Virus record (IMG/VR): IMGVR_UViG_3300034122_000625
Coordinates: 1,191 to 65,190 of that record
Strand: one strand, 5' to 3'
DNA from: a virus
Taxonomy: Duplodnaviria; Caudoviricetes
DNA length: 64,000 bases
Part shown: positions 56,590-64,000 of the stretch, in pieces
Layout of the letters: each line of letters starts with the position of its first letter
Numbering within the stretch: position 1 is the stretch's first letter
Notes under the pieces: model-generated
What the model was told of the DNA's origin: nothing
What the model saw: the letters and a program-made list of their open reading frames with translations, nothing else
The model's database searches: none
Made by a program: the position numbers and the translations under genes

Positions 56590-58374
56590 TCATCGCTCTT
56601 GGTCGTAGTACCCGAAGTCATCTCCTATGGGGGAGAACAGCTGGTTCCCTGTGGCTATGGACCTGAACCCAGTCATCGTTGGATTCATGGCGTAGTTCAC
56701 AGGCTGGTCAATTGGGGTGGGTTCTCCACCCGTCTTCACCTCCCTGACCTTCCTTACGTGGAACTCTGTGGTACGGCGAGTCTGTATGTCTGGGGCCTGC
56801 ACCTTCCTGTGTATGGTGATGAAGCAGTCCGCTCGGTTGACAAACTTACCTCCACCCTCAGTGTCTTCTGCGTATGGTGCAACAGGAAGCCCATCGTCTC
56901 CCTTCCTGCGCTGAGCCTCTGTGACGGCGTGCATATTCAACCACACAGCTATACCATTGGCTGTGCTGTACGTCAGGAACTCTGAGGCAGCCTCGTAGTG
57001 GTAGTCATGGACACCGATGCTGCTGTTCTTCACATCCAGCTTGAGGCTGTTATATGGGTCTACGAAGATGGCGTCAATCTGCTGCATCCGGCGAACCTTG
57101 TCTACAAACAGCAGGATATCTGCATACCCGTATACTTGGTTGTTGTTGATTACAGTGAAGTGGTCAGTGACCCATCGATAGGCGTTCTTGCGCTGAGCGT
57201 AGCTCATGCTGTTCACCCTGAGGCTGGTGCAGAACTCCATCAGTGTAATCTTCAGTGACCACGTGCTGTTCTCGCTGCTATACACCACCCACTTCCATCC
57301 GTGACGGAGACTGGCATTGACCATCATGTACAGAACCATCGTCGTCTTGCCCACGTTGCTGTGGCCATTGAAGATGACGAACTCCCTCTTGTACCTGAAG
57401 AACTTGTCCAGATTTTCGTCCCCAGTGTCCAACCCAACCTGAATCTTACCGTTGACGTAGTCATCGATAATCCTGTAGTCAGAGTCGTCAGACGAGATAA
57501 AGGACATATCTCCGTCATTGATGAGCAGTTCACGGGTGATGGACTTCTCGTCGGCGATGATGTCCCTCAGCGGAGCCTTCTTGCCGTCCTCCACCCCAGC
57601 GCGGATGGTGGCCATAGCGTACTCCTCTGAGTCAATCTCACGCTTGCATATCTCTCTGAACAAGACCCTGACTACCTCCTCCTCCTCCATCCTGCCTGAG
57701 GCTATGTATCCCCCACACAGGCGAGAGGCCTTGAGCAGCGTCTTGTGCTTGTCTCCATCCTCCGCCTGACGAATCATCTTAGCGGCGAGATTGAGCTTCA
57801 TGTAGTCCGTAAACAGGTGAGGTGCAGCAGGAACCTGTTCCTCGCTCTGCTTGGTCACCAGCCCACCAAACCGGCTGTAGGCGTCCTTGATGATGATGTC
57901 TGGGTCGTAGGACTCGAAACAAGCTCGAGATTCATTGATACCCGTCTCATCGACCTCCAACCCATACGACTTACTGAAGTACAGCTTTACGGCCCTGAAA
58001 TGGTCTCTATGGCGCTCAGGATGGGTAACCCTGATTAGTGCCTTCAGTCCATCACCAGAGGGGCTCACCCAGCAGCTGTGGACATACTCATCCGTACCCA
58101 ACAGTCTCTTGCCTTCAACTACATCTACGTGGTCAAAGTCAAGCACGATGAATCCACTATGGTCTTGGATAGAGTCATCGGTTCTCTTGTTGAATACACC
58201 GCTCCAGAGAGTAATGGGGAGAGACATCTTGTGCTCTCGCTCCTTGGTCTCCCGGAAGGTGAGTACCTTGTCCTTGCTGCTCCCTGACTGGATGCGTTCA
58301 AGGGCCTGCTCAATACCGACGTGGTATGGCCTGTCGGTATCGTGTATACTCTTAAATAGAGTTACCCGAGCCAT
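56590..58374 (-). CDS. primase-helicase (VirE-N/BT4734-like primase domain plus SF4 helicase)
   Basis: K..LP....SG.F...HSG...LDFD...SPSGDGLK; GHSNVGKT Walker A; FVDPYN; H.RKV. Confidence 0.88.
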   Translation of the reverse strand: MARVTLFKSIHDTDRPYHVGIEQALERIQSGSSKDKVLTFRETKEREHKMSLPITLWSGVFNKRTDDSIQDHSGFIVLDFDHVDVVEGKRLLGTDEYVHSCWVSPSGDGLKALIRVTHPERHRDHFRAVKLYFSKSYGLEVDETGINESRACFESYDPDIIIKDAYSRFGGLVTKQSEEQVPAAPHLFTDYMKLNLAAKMIRQAEDGDKHKTLLKASRLCGGYIASGRMEEEEVVRVLFREICKREIDSEEYAMATIRAGVEDGKKAPLRDIIADEKSITRELLINDGDMSFISSDDSDYRIIDDYVNGKIQVGLDTGDENLDKFFRYKREFVIFNGHSNVGKTTMVLYMMVNASLRHGWKWVVYSSENSTWSLKITLMEFCTSLRVNSMSYAQRKNAYRWVTDHFTVINNNQVYGYADILLFVDKVRRMQQIDAIFVDPYNSLKLDVKNSSIGVHDYHYEAASEFLTYSTANGIAVWLNMHAVTEAQRRKGDDGLPVAPYAEDTEGGGKFVNRADCFITIHRKVQAPDIQTRRTTEFHVRKVREVKTGGEPTPIDQPVNYAMNPTMTGFRSIATGNQLFSPIGDDFGYYDQER

Positions 58375-58603
58375 ACTCCTTGGCCTTCTTTAGGTACCAC
58401 TCCGCTTTTTGCAGGTCCTCGATAGCACTGGAGCCATCCTTGGTTCCTGCACGCATCTTGTACTTGAATGCGTTAATCTCGCAGTACACGGCGAACTTAT
58501 CTGCCCCCCAAATCTTGAGCATCATGACCCATGTCTCCTGCGAAAAGTTTTGGTAGTGAGCTGGGCTCTCCACCATCTTCAACCTTGATTCAGTTGCTTG
58601 CAT
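58352..58603 (-). CDS. DUF3310/T7 gp1.7-like nucleotide kinase family protein
   Basis: V.SP.HY...NAFKY..RAG.K...EDL.KA.WY. Confidence 0.8.
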   Translation of the reverse strand: MQATESRLKMVESPAHYQNFSQETWVMMLKIWGADKFAVYCEINAFKYKMRAGTKDGSSAIEDLQKAEWYLKKAKEYGSGNSI

Positions 58604-58839
58604 AGCGTAACTTTTTTAATGATGATTTTCCTTGTCTTAGGCTTCGATTTACCTGTCTCCTTTCCGTAGTTAAACGGGTAAACCTGACGTTCTATTGTAC
58701 CCATAGCCAACTTGTCGTCCATGATATCCATCAGGTCGTCGCTGTTGGCAAGGGTGTACACGAATGCTCGCTTGTACTCCTTCCCATACAGATACTCTAT
58801 GTCCATCTCAAGGTAGAATATCTTCTTTGACTGTAACAT
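58579..58839 (-). CDS. hypothetical protein
   Basis: ORF track; start uncertain. Confidence 0.5.
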   Translation of the reverse strand: MLQSKKIFYLEMDIEYLYGKEYKRAFVYTLANSDDLMDIMDDKLAMGTIERQVYPFNYGKETGKSKPKTRKIIIKKVTLCKQLNQG

Positions 58840-59149
58840 GAATTCTCTTCTTTATTTTAGGTGCTACCCACTCAAAGTCTACTGAGGTTCCCATGACCTC
58901 CATGCAGTCCTTCTTCGTCAGGAGGATGAGGTTGTCCCCTCTCTTGTTCTTGATGAGAAGGAATATAAAGTCCTCCTCGAACACAGGTATGTCCACCATC
59001 GTATTGAAGTGCTCAACTATGATGGCATGGAAGGTGTACCTCTTCCCGTCGAAGGTGCCGGAGAAGAAATAGGGGCTGGGAAACTCTATGTCCCCCAACC
59101 CCCATTCCACCGCAGCTATTAGACCTAACGCCTTAGAAGGGTAGGTCAT
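58808..59149 (-). CDS. hypothetical protein
   Basis: ATG start within ORF 58808-59245. Confidence 0.55.
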   Translation of the reverse strand: MTYPSKALGLIAAVEWGLGDIEFPSPYFFSGTFDGKRYTFHAIIVEHFNTMVDIPVFEEDFIFLLIKNKRGDNLILLTKKDCMEVMGTSVDFEWVAPKIKKRIHVTVKEDILP

Positions 59150-59483
59150 CATCGGCTGGTGCCGACTCTGCGGCCTTAGCCTTAGCTGGGGCAGCTTGCT
59201 TCTCTGAAGCCTTCTGCTCCTGCTCACGCTTAGCCTTGTACTCACGTGCCGACTCGCTGTTGGGGTTGTACACCCGAGCGAATGGCTTGCCAGACTTGCT
59301 CATGAAGAGCGTGATGGATACGGAGCCAGCTCCATCCTTCCCGGTCATCAGGTACCGGTCGAGGATTTCCTTCAGTTCAAAGTCTCGCAGCTTTACTCTC
59401 CAGCTGCTCAGTTGGCCCTCGTAGAACTTGGGCTCGTCAGCGAATCCCATCAGGACGCTGTCGTTTTTTTGTTGGTCACTCAT
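59133..59483 (-). CDS. putative single-stranded DNA-binding protein
   Basis: Acidic C-terminal DDDLPF tail; next to exonuclease/ERF. Confidence 0.7.
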   Translation of the reverse strand: MSDQQKNDSVLMGFADEPKFYEGQLSSWRVKLRDFELKEILDRYLMTGKDGAGSVSITLFMSKSGKPFARVYNPNSESAREYKAKREQEQKASEKQAAPAKAKAAESAPADDDLPF

Positions 59484-59509
59484 GTTATGGAAATTGGTGA
59501 TTAGATTCC

Positions 59510-59605
59510 TTAGTTGTAAAGGAAATTGGTGATTAGGATGTGAAGGGTCAGGAGGATGCCAATGATGATGACATTCTCAATGATGCGTCCGATGTCAAAC
59601 TTCAT
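59510..59605 (-). CDS. 31-aa membrane peptide (MKFDIGRIIENVIIIGILLTLHILITNFLYN)
   Basis: Hand translation; fills the gap between exonuclease and SSB. Confidence 0.45.
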   Translation of the reverse strand: MKFDIGRIIENVIIIGILLTLHILITNFLYN

Positions 59606-60383
59606 ATTCGATGTAGTCTTTGCGTGGGTCTTCCCCGTTTTGTAAAAAGTCTGTGATTCTCTTGATGGCCCCCCGGAACTTCATCTCGCCACGGAATAGG
59701 GTCTCCTCTGAGCAGGTTACCACGGCGGGAAGATACGGGAAGGTTTTCTCCTGTGCAACCCAGTAGAACTTATTGATACCCTCTGACTGCGTGTATAGGT
59801 AAGCCTGAACATCGTAGCAGAGTCCGTTTACGTCATACCGGAATCCGGAGACGCTGCGTGTAGACTTGCTATCCATGATGAAGTCTTCGCCTCGGCAGTC
59901 GATGAAACCCTTGACGAGCACACCTTCAATCTCCTTGTACACTGGCTTCTGATACTCACCACTGAAATACTTCTCGATGATGCCTGCCTCTGACAGCCGC
60001 TCCACCATCTTGTTAGCCATATCCCAGTCCTCTGGGTTGCATACAATCTCACCGCGCTCGGTCATCTCAGATATGATGGCTGCCTTCACCTCCTTGAACT
60101 CGTTGGTCATCGACGGCGACTTCGCCTCCTGAGTCTTCAAGGAGCATCGTTCCAAGATGTAACCATTGTCCAAGATGCGATAGGTAGTCATGGCCTTCTT
60201 GCGGTCAAAGAGGAGCATATCGTACATCGTGCCGAAGTCTAAGGCATCGGACTTGTACTCGATGTCTCCGCGCATATACGCATCGAACTTAGCCATGTCA
60301 TCCATAGCCTGCTTGATGCTGGAGTAGGAGAGGTGCGGCTTACCATACCGCTCCTCAAGGGCTTTTGATAGGTTGAATTTCAT
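59595..60383 (-). CDS. RecE-like/DUF3799 PD-(D/E)XK exonuclease
   Basis: LSYSSIK...FGT...KG.ID...D.K.T...Y..QAY.Y. Confidence 0.85.
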   Translation of the reverse strand: MKFNLSKALEERYGKPHLSYSSIKQAMDDMAKFDAYMRGDIEYKSDALDFGTMYDMLLFDRKKAMTTYRILDNGYILERCSLKTQEAKSPSMTNEFKEVKAAIISEMTERGEIVCNPEDWDMANKMVERLSEAGIIEKYFSGEYQKPVYKEIEGVLVKGFIDCRGEDFIMDSKSTRSVSGFRYDVNGLCYDVQAYLYTQSEGINKFYWVAQEKTFPYLPAVVTCSEETLFRGEMKFRGAIKRITDFLQNGEDPRKDYIEYEV

Positions 60384-60991
60384 CGGATGAACTTTTTCAG
60401 CGCGGTCTTCTGTGCCTCGGTCAACTGCCCCCCGTAGTGAGTCATGACGTTGTCGTATGCCTTCTGACGATTGGTCTGCGACTTCATGTAGTTCACAGCC
60501 TTATCCATGATGGATGCACCTGTGGATGGTTGAGCCTGTTCCTCCTGCTCCGGCTGAGGTGCAGCCTTGGTGGGCTTGGCCTTTGGCTTCTCTTCCGTCT
60601 GCCCGTGGGTGTTGGTACCATCGCTGTCCTTGGTGTCATCGATAAGGAAGAGCCCGTTGAGAGCGTACTTACGAGCGTAAGACGATGAAGCCCCTGTGAT
60701 TTGGCTACCATCCATGCCCTTCTTGTCCTCCTCCTCTCGTGCCCATCCACTGACAGTGATTGAGTGCTGACCATCAGACAGCGTAGCCTGAGTGTGTACA
60801 TAAACACGCTCTCCGACAAACTGAATCGAGTCGCTCATCACCAGCGTCACCTCGTGCTTCTTGAGCAACGGCTTGACAGCCTCGAAGATGTCTTCGCAAC
60901 TCCGGTACTTGTACTTGCCGAAGGCATTAAACTGCCCCTTGGGGGCCTTTAGTTCTGACTGAATCGCCAGAAGTTTTGAGTTGATACTCAT
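60380..60991 (-). CDS. erf: ERF-family single-strand annealing protein
   Basis: LKAPK...N.FG.YKYRS.EDI...Q.TG..SSYARKYAL.GLF.IDD..D.D. Confidence 0.9.
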   Translation of the reverse strand: MSINSKLLAIQSELKAPKGQFNAFGKYKYRSCEDIFEAVKPLLKKHEVTLVMSDSIQFVGERVYVHTQATLSDGQHSITVSGWAREEEDKKGMDGSQITGASSSYARKYALNGLFLIDDTKDSDGTNTHGQTEEKPKAKPTKAAPQPEQEEQAQPSTGASIMDKAVNYMKSQTNRQKAYDNVMTHYGGQLTEAQKTALKKFIR

Positions 60992-61023
60992 GGTTGATTG
61001 AATTGTGGGTTGCCCCTGATTTA

Positions 61024-61057
61024 CTCTATAACGCAAGACCCTCGAAATTATTGTGCC
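61024..61057 (-). promoter_or_regulatory. dispersed copy of early bipartite motif upstream of erf
   Basis: GCACAATAA-N14-CGTTATAG; the TAA is the stop of the MazG-like gene (ends DEAQ). Confidence 0.75.
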
Positions 61058-61398
61058 TCGTCCTTAACAAAAACTCCATTCACTGTTTTCCCGGTTCGCC
61101 CACTGATTTCGTTGTAGGCTATCGCCAAGCATTCTTCAGGGTCTAACCCCAACTGATTCGCAAGGATGATGATTGTCACCAGCACGTCACCTATAGCGTC
61201 CTTTAACTCTCTCCTTGGGGCAATCTGTCGCTCGCTCTTGAGCACCTCTCTTGCCAATTCGCCAACCTCCTCGACAACCTTTATCATCTGCTTGGGGGCT
61301 GCACTTCTTACAAGGATGCCCTTCTCGCCTGCCCAGCGGACAACGTTGAGTTCAAGTTGCCCCCACTGCAAGTCTTCATTCAAAATCGTCTTATCCAT
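61048..61398 (-). CDS. MazG-like NTP pyrophosphohydrolase
   Basis: K..EEVGELA...DAIGDV.VT...AYNEI..R.G...NG.FVK. Confidence 0.88.
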   Translation of the reverse strand: MDKTILNEDLQWGQLELNVVRWAGEKGILVRSAAPKQMIKVVEEVGELAREVLKSERQIAPRRELKDAIGDVLVTIIILANQLGLDPEECLAIAYNEISGRTGKTVNGVFVKDEAQ

Positions 61399-61600
61399 CT
61401 TTTGTTAGTTTAATTGGTGGTGAATTCAGGTCTACCTTGTTGTTTTCAAACTTGTAGGTGTACAAATCTACCGATTCCCCGTGTACATCAACAAACTTTT
61501 TTATGGCGACTATGGCTGCATCTCTGTCGCTGAACGTTCCAATGGGGAAGGTTATACCGGAACGACTTATCGACGCCATAAGCACGTAGTTCGATGCCAT
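61391..61600 (-). CDS. hypothetical protein
   Basis: Coupled ORF. Confidence 0.55.
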   Translation of the reverse strand: MASNYVLMASISRSGITFPIGTFSDRDAAIVAIKKFVDVHGESVDLYTYKFENNKVDLNSPPIKLTKDG

Positions 61601-61782
61601 CAGTACCTACTGAACTTTACAAACATGAACTGAAACTCCATGTACTTCCGTCCGTTTAAGGCGGCGATGTATGTGAACGAGAGCAGTGCTCTGGGGCCAA
61701 ACTGAAGGCCACCAAGTTCCACGACTGAGAACTTGAATGTTCTCTTGGACACCTCTAAGTCAAGCAAATCGAAGTAAATCAT
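61600..61782 (-). CDS. hypothetical protein
   Basis: Coupled ORF. Confidence 0.55.
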   Translation of the reverse strand: MIYFDLLDLEVSKRTFKFSVVELGGLQFGPRALLSFTYIAALNGRKYMEFQFMFVKFSRY

Positions 61783-62390
61783 TGTACTATTTTTTTGTTA
61801 ATGGCTTCTCTAATGACCTCGTTGATGGCATCAGTCGGACTCTCCCCTGACTGAATCTTAGACAACACTTCATCGAACAACTGAGCCTTCTCTTTGGTGA
61901 AGTCATCCTTGATGACATCCATGACTATCTTCTTAGGGCTCACATTCTGTATCAAGTCCTTCTGCGCTCTCAAGTACCTTACCCAGTCATCGTTTTCTGA
62001 CTTTGGTGCCTCCAATGAATCGGCGAACGGCATTGTACTCATCACCAACTTGGCTGCCTCGTACACCTCTCTGTATCCCTTCCAATACTCAAGATTGGAC
62101 TCATGATTCCTGCGGTGGTGAATGATTGTGGCGTGGTGCTGCCCCATGCAGTCCGCTACGTCGATGATTCGGAATCTGTTTGTCAGGGCGCATCCAATTG
62201 CAGCGCGAGCCTTAACTGATTCAGACATCCGGCTGTTGTCGCGTGGCTTCCCTGTTCGATTGTAGAACTCGTCGAGGGTGCTGTTTATCATGTTCTTCAG
62301 CACTCGCTTCCACATGACACGGCTGTATCCTTCTACAATGTCGTTTATCAGGAGGACATTCTTTTGGCTTAAAATGGTGTTCTGTTCCAT
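61779..62390 (-). CDS. DnaA C-terminal-like HTH DNA-binding protein
   Basis: SR....V.AR...VA..MG.HHATIIH; start re-called at MEQNTI. Confidence 0.65.
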   Translation of the reverse strand: MEQNTILSQKNVLLINDIVEGYSRVMWKRVLKNMINSTLDEFYNRTGKPRDNSRMSESVKARAAIGCALTNRFRIIDVADCMGQHHATIIHHRRNHESNLEYWKGYREVYEAAKLVMSTMPFADSLEAPKSENDDWVRYLRAQKDLIQNVSPKKIVMDVIKDDFTKEKAQLFDEVLSKIQSGESPTDAINEVIREAINKKIVQ

Positions 62391-62629
62391 TACTCTGCGT
62401 CTTTGTGTTTCATGATGAAGATTCCGTCTCCTGCACGAGCCACGATGTACTCTACACCATCGTGTGTGTACGACATTACATCCAACTCGCTGGTGTTCTG
62501 CCTCGTTCGTTCTTCTGCCTTCAGGTATGACACCACTTGTGCGGCGGTGAAGATTAAGGAGATGCACATAATCGCTAACGTAAAGGTCGCAAGATTATTG
62601 CGTACCGAGTCAAGAAGTTTTTCGCTCAT
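62390..62629 (-). CDS. small membrane-anchored protein
   Basis: One TM helix; coupled ORF. Confidence 0.55.
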   Translation of the reverse strand: MSEKLLDSVRNNLATFTLAIMCISLIFTAAQVVSYLKAEERTRQNTSELDVMSYTHDGVEYIVARAGDGIFIMKHKDAE

Positions 62630-62973
62630 TGTTGATTGTTTTTAGGGTTAACTAAGTCGTATAAGTAATCACCGGGGATGAGAAGGCTGCTCACATCTTT
62701 TTCTGCTGGGGGTTTTATGGTTATGTCTGGACTTGGATTCCACTCTGGATGGACTGACTTGTATGCTTTTACAGCGTCCCTAACCACACTTGGTGCGTAG
62801 GTGAACCTTCCGTCGGCATAACGAATTGCCATCCAGATGACATTCTCAAAACACCTACTAACCACCCGCAACTTTTCTTTTTCAGTCATTTCGTATAGGC
62901 CATTCGCCTCGTCTGTTTCTATGATGTCAATCAAGGCTTTCTTTCTGTCGCTCTTCTCAGTTTTCTTACTCAT
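62626..62973 (-). CDS. hypothetical protein (AIRYA.GR..YAP motif)
   Basis: ORF track. Confidence 0.6.
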   Translation of the reverse strand: MSKKTEKSDRKKALIDIIETDEANGLYEMTEKEKLRVVSRCFENVIWMAIRYADGRFTYAPSVVRDAVKAYKSVHPEWNPSPDITIKPPAEKDVSSLLIPGDYLYDLVNPKNNQQ

Positions 62974-62993
62974 TGTCTTTTAATTAGTTAGTT

Positions 62994-63542
62994 TCACATA
63001 GGGGCGTTGGTGTCACTCTGTGGGGGTTTTAAGCAACGGACGGAGAAGCCGTATCGTAGGTAGTCGTAGTACCGACCGACATCGTCATAGTCGGAGTAGA
63101 AGTAGCGGTACCAAGCGAGGCTGGTACCATTGGCTGAAGAAGACCACCAACCGCCGTAGTCGCCTACACTGTAGAAGGCGCCATTGTAGTTGTTTCGGTC
63201 GCCACCGGGCAACGCGGAAAACCCGCTGCTGTTGGTACCCTTCCACACACTGGTTTTCATCTTCTCACCCGCGACCTCCTCTCCTCCTAAAAAATCAATG
63301 AGTTCCGTCCACTCCGCATCTGTAGGCACATGGAAACCTTCAGGAGCAAGCCCGCGCGGGTCGTTCACGGCGTACCAATTATACAGATAGTGTCCGTTGG
63401 GTGAGATGCAATAGGCAGCTGTTTCAAGTTTAGCCCATTCTTCTTTATCTGTCACCAATGGGATGTCCTCACCGTTCCGGAACTTGGTAACCTTGAGGTC
63501 TTCACTTGCCCATTCTTGCAAGCCAATTTTTACTATTTTCAT
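62994..63542 (-). CDS. Fib_succ_major (FISUMP) domain protein
   Basis: IG.Q.W...L.V...RNG..I...LYNWYAV...LAP.G.HVPT..EW...GF.ALPGG.R...WWSS...GFSVRC. Confidence 0.85.
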   Translation of the reverse strand: MKIVKIGLQEWASEDLKVTKFRNGEDIPLVTDKEEWAKLETAAYCISPNGHYLYNWYAVNDPRGLAPEGFHVPTDAEWTELIDFLGGEEVAGEKMKTSVWKGTNSSGFSALPGGDRNNYNGAFYSVGDYGGWWSSSANGTSLAWYRYFYSDYDDVGRYYDYLRYGFSVRCLKPPQSDTNAPM

Positions 63543-63705
63543 TTGGTTTTTGTGTTAAAGGTTTTGACCATTTTGTTGACGTCAACGAAATGATTCATAC
63601 ATCCGCACTGCGGGGTGTCGTACCAGTCCGGGCGAGGCCACGACTAATAAGCGCAATCATTGGCAGTATTAACCAACCTTTATCTTTTTTCATTTCTCGT
63701 TGGTG

Positions 63706-63888
63706 TTAAAGGTTTTCAATCTCTTGTTTTACTTCAGTCCAATAGTCAATCTGACCTTGAGTGTTGAGCAAAGCAATTTTCTTAGCAATCGTACTGCATA
63801 AAACTTCATTCCCGCAATCTGTGTCTTCATCCATTAAAGTCATTTTGACTTGGAGAACCAACATCTCTGCTTTTGTTTTTGGGGTCAT
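63706..63888 (-). CDS. small phage protein (MTPK.KA..L...YW.EVKQEI..L family)
   Basis: Recurring Bacteroidota-phage motif. Confidence 0.65.
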   Translation of the reverse strand: MTPKTKAEMLVLQVKMTLMDEDTDCGNEVLCSTIAKKIALLNTQGQIDYWTEVKQEIENL

Positions 63889-64000
63889 TGTTTAACTTGA
63901 TTTATTGATTTAACTTGTAAATTCTTGGGTTGACTCTGTGTCACAGAGTGGGGGCAATTTTCCCTGTTTCGTGTCACAAAGTCGGGGTTAATACGCTTTT

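Overview
The window is most of a lytic tailed dsDNA phage genome of Bacteroidota (probably Flavobacteriales), with a crAss-like/podovirus-type structural module and the standard genetic code. Layout: (i) 1-3.9 kb, a minus-strand array of small early-type genes; nearly every gene is preceded by a bipartite repeat (CACAATAA-N15-CGTTAWA...ATCAAACAACAG-N3-4-ATG) that usually also supplies the stop codon of the upstream gene. (ii) 3.9-4.75 kb, a divergent non-coding region with palindromic and tandem repeats. (iii) 4.8-56.4 kb, a plus-strand arm: endolysin, GroES-like protein, four glycosyltransferases, four tRNAs (including an unusual Ile-UAU), thyX, terminase, portal, collagen-like and LamG fibres, major capsid protein, tail ring/muzzle proteins, ejection proteins including a 2945-aa polyvalent protein, holin, an M43 metallopeptidase, nucleases and class II RNR. 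(iv) 56.6-64 kb, minus-strand replication/recombination genes (primase-helicase, SSB, exonuclease, ERF, MazG-like) and accessory genes. I recognised no DNA polymerase, RNA polymerase, integrase, reverse transcriptase or CRISPR array. The two strongest candidates for an undescribed system are the fixed-geometry stop/promoter gene-cassette array and a putative virion O-glycosylation system (GT cluster plus G-[AV]-T motifs scattered through structural proteins). All calls come from reading motifs by eye; no database search was run.
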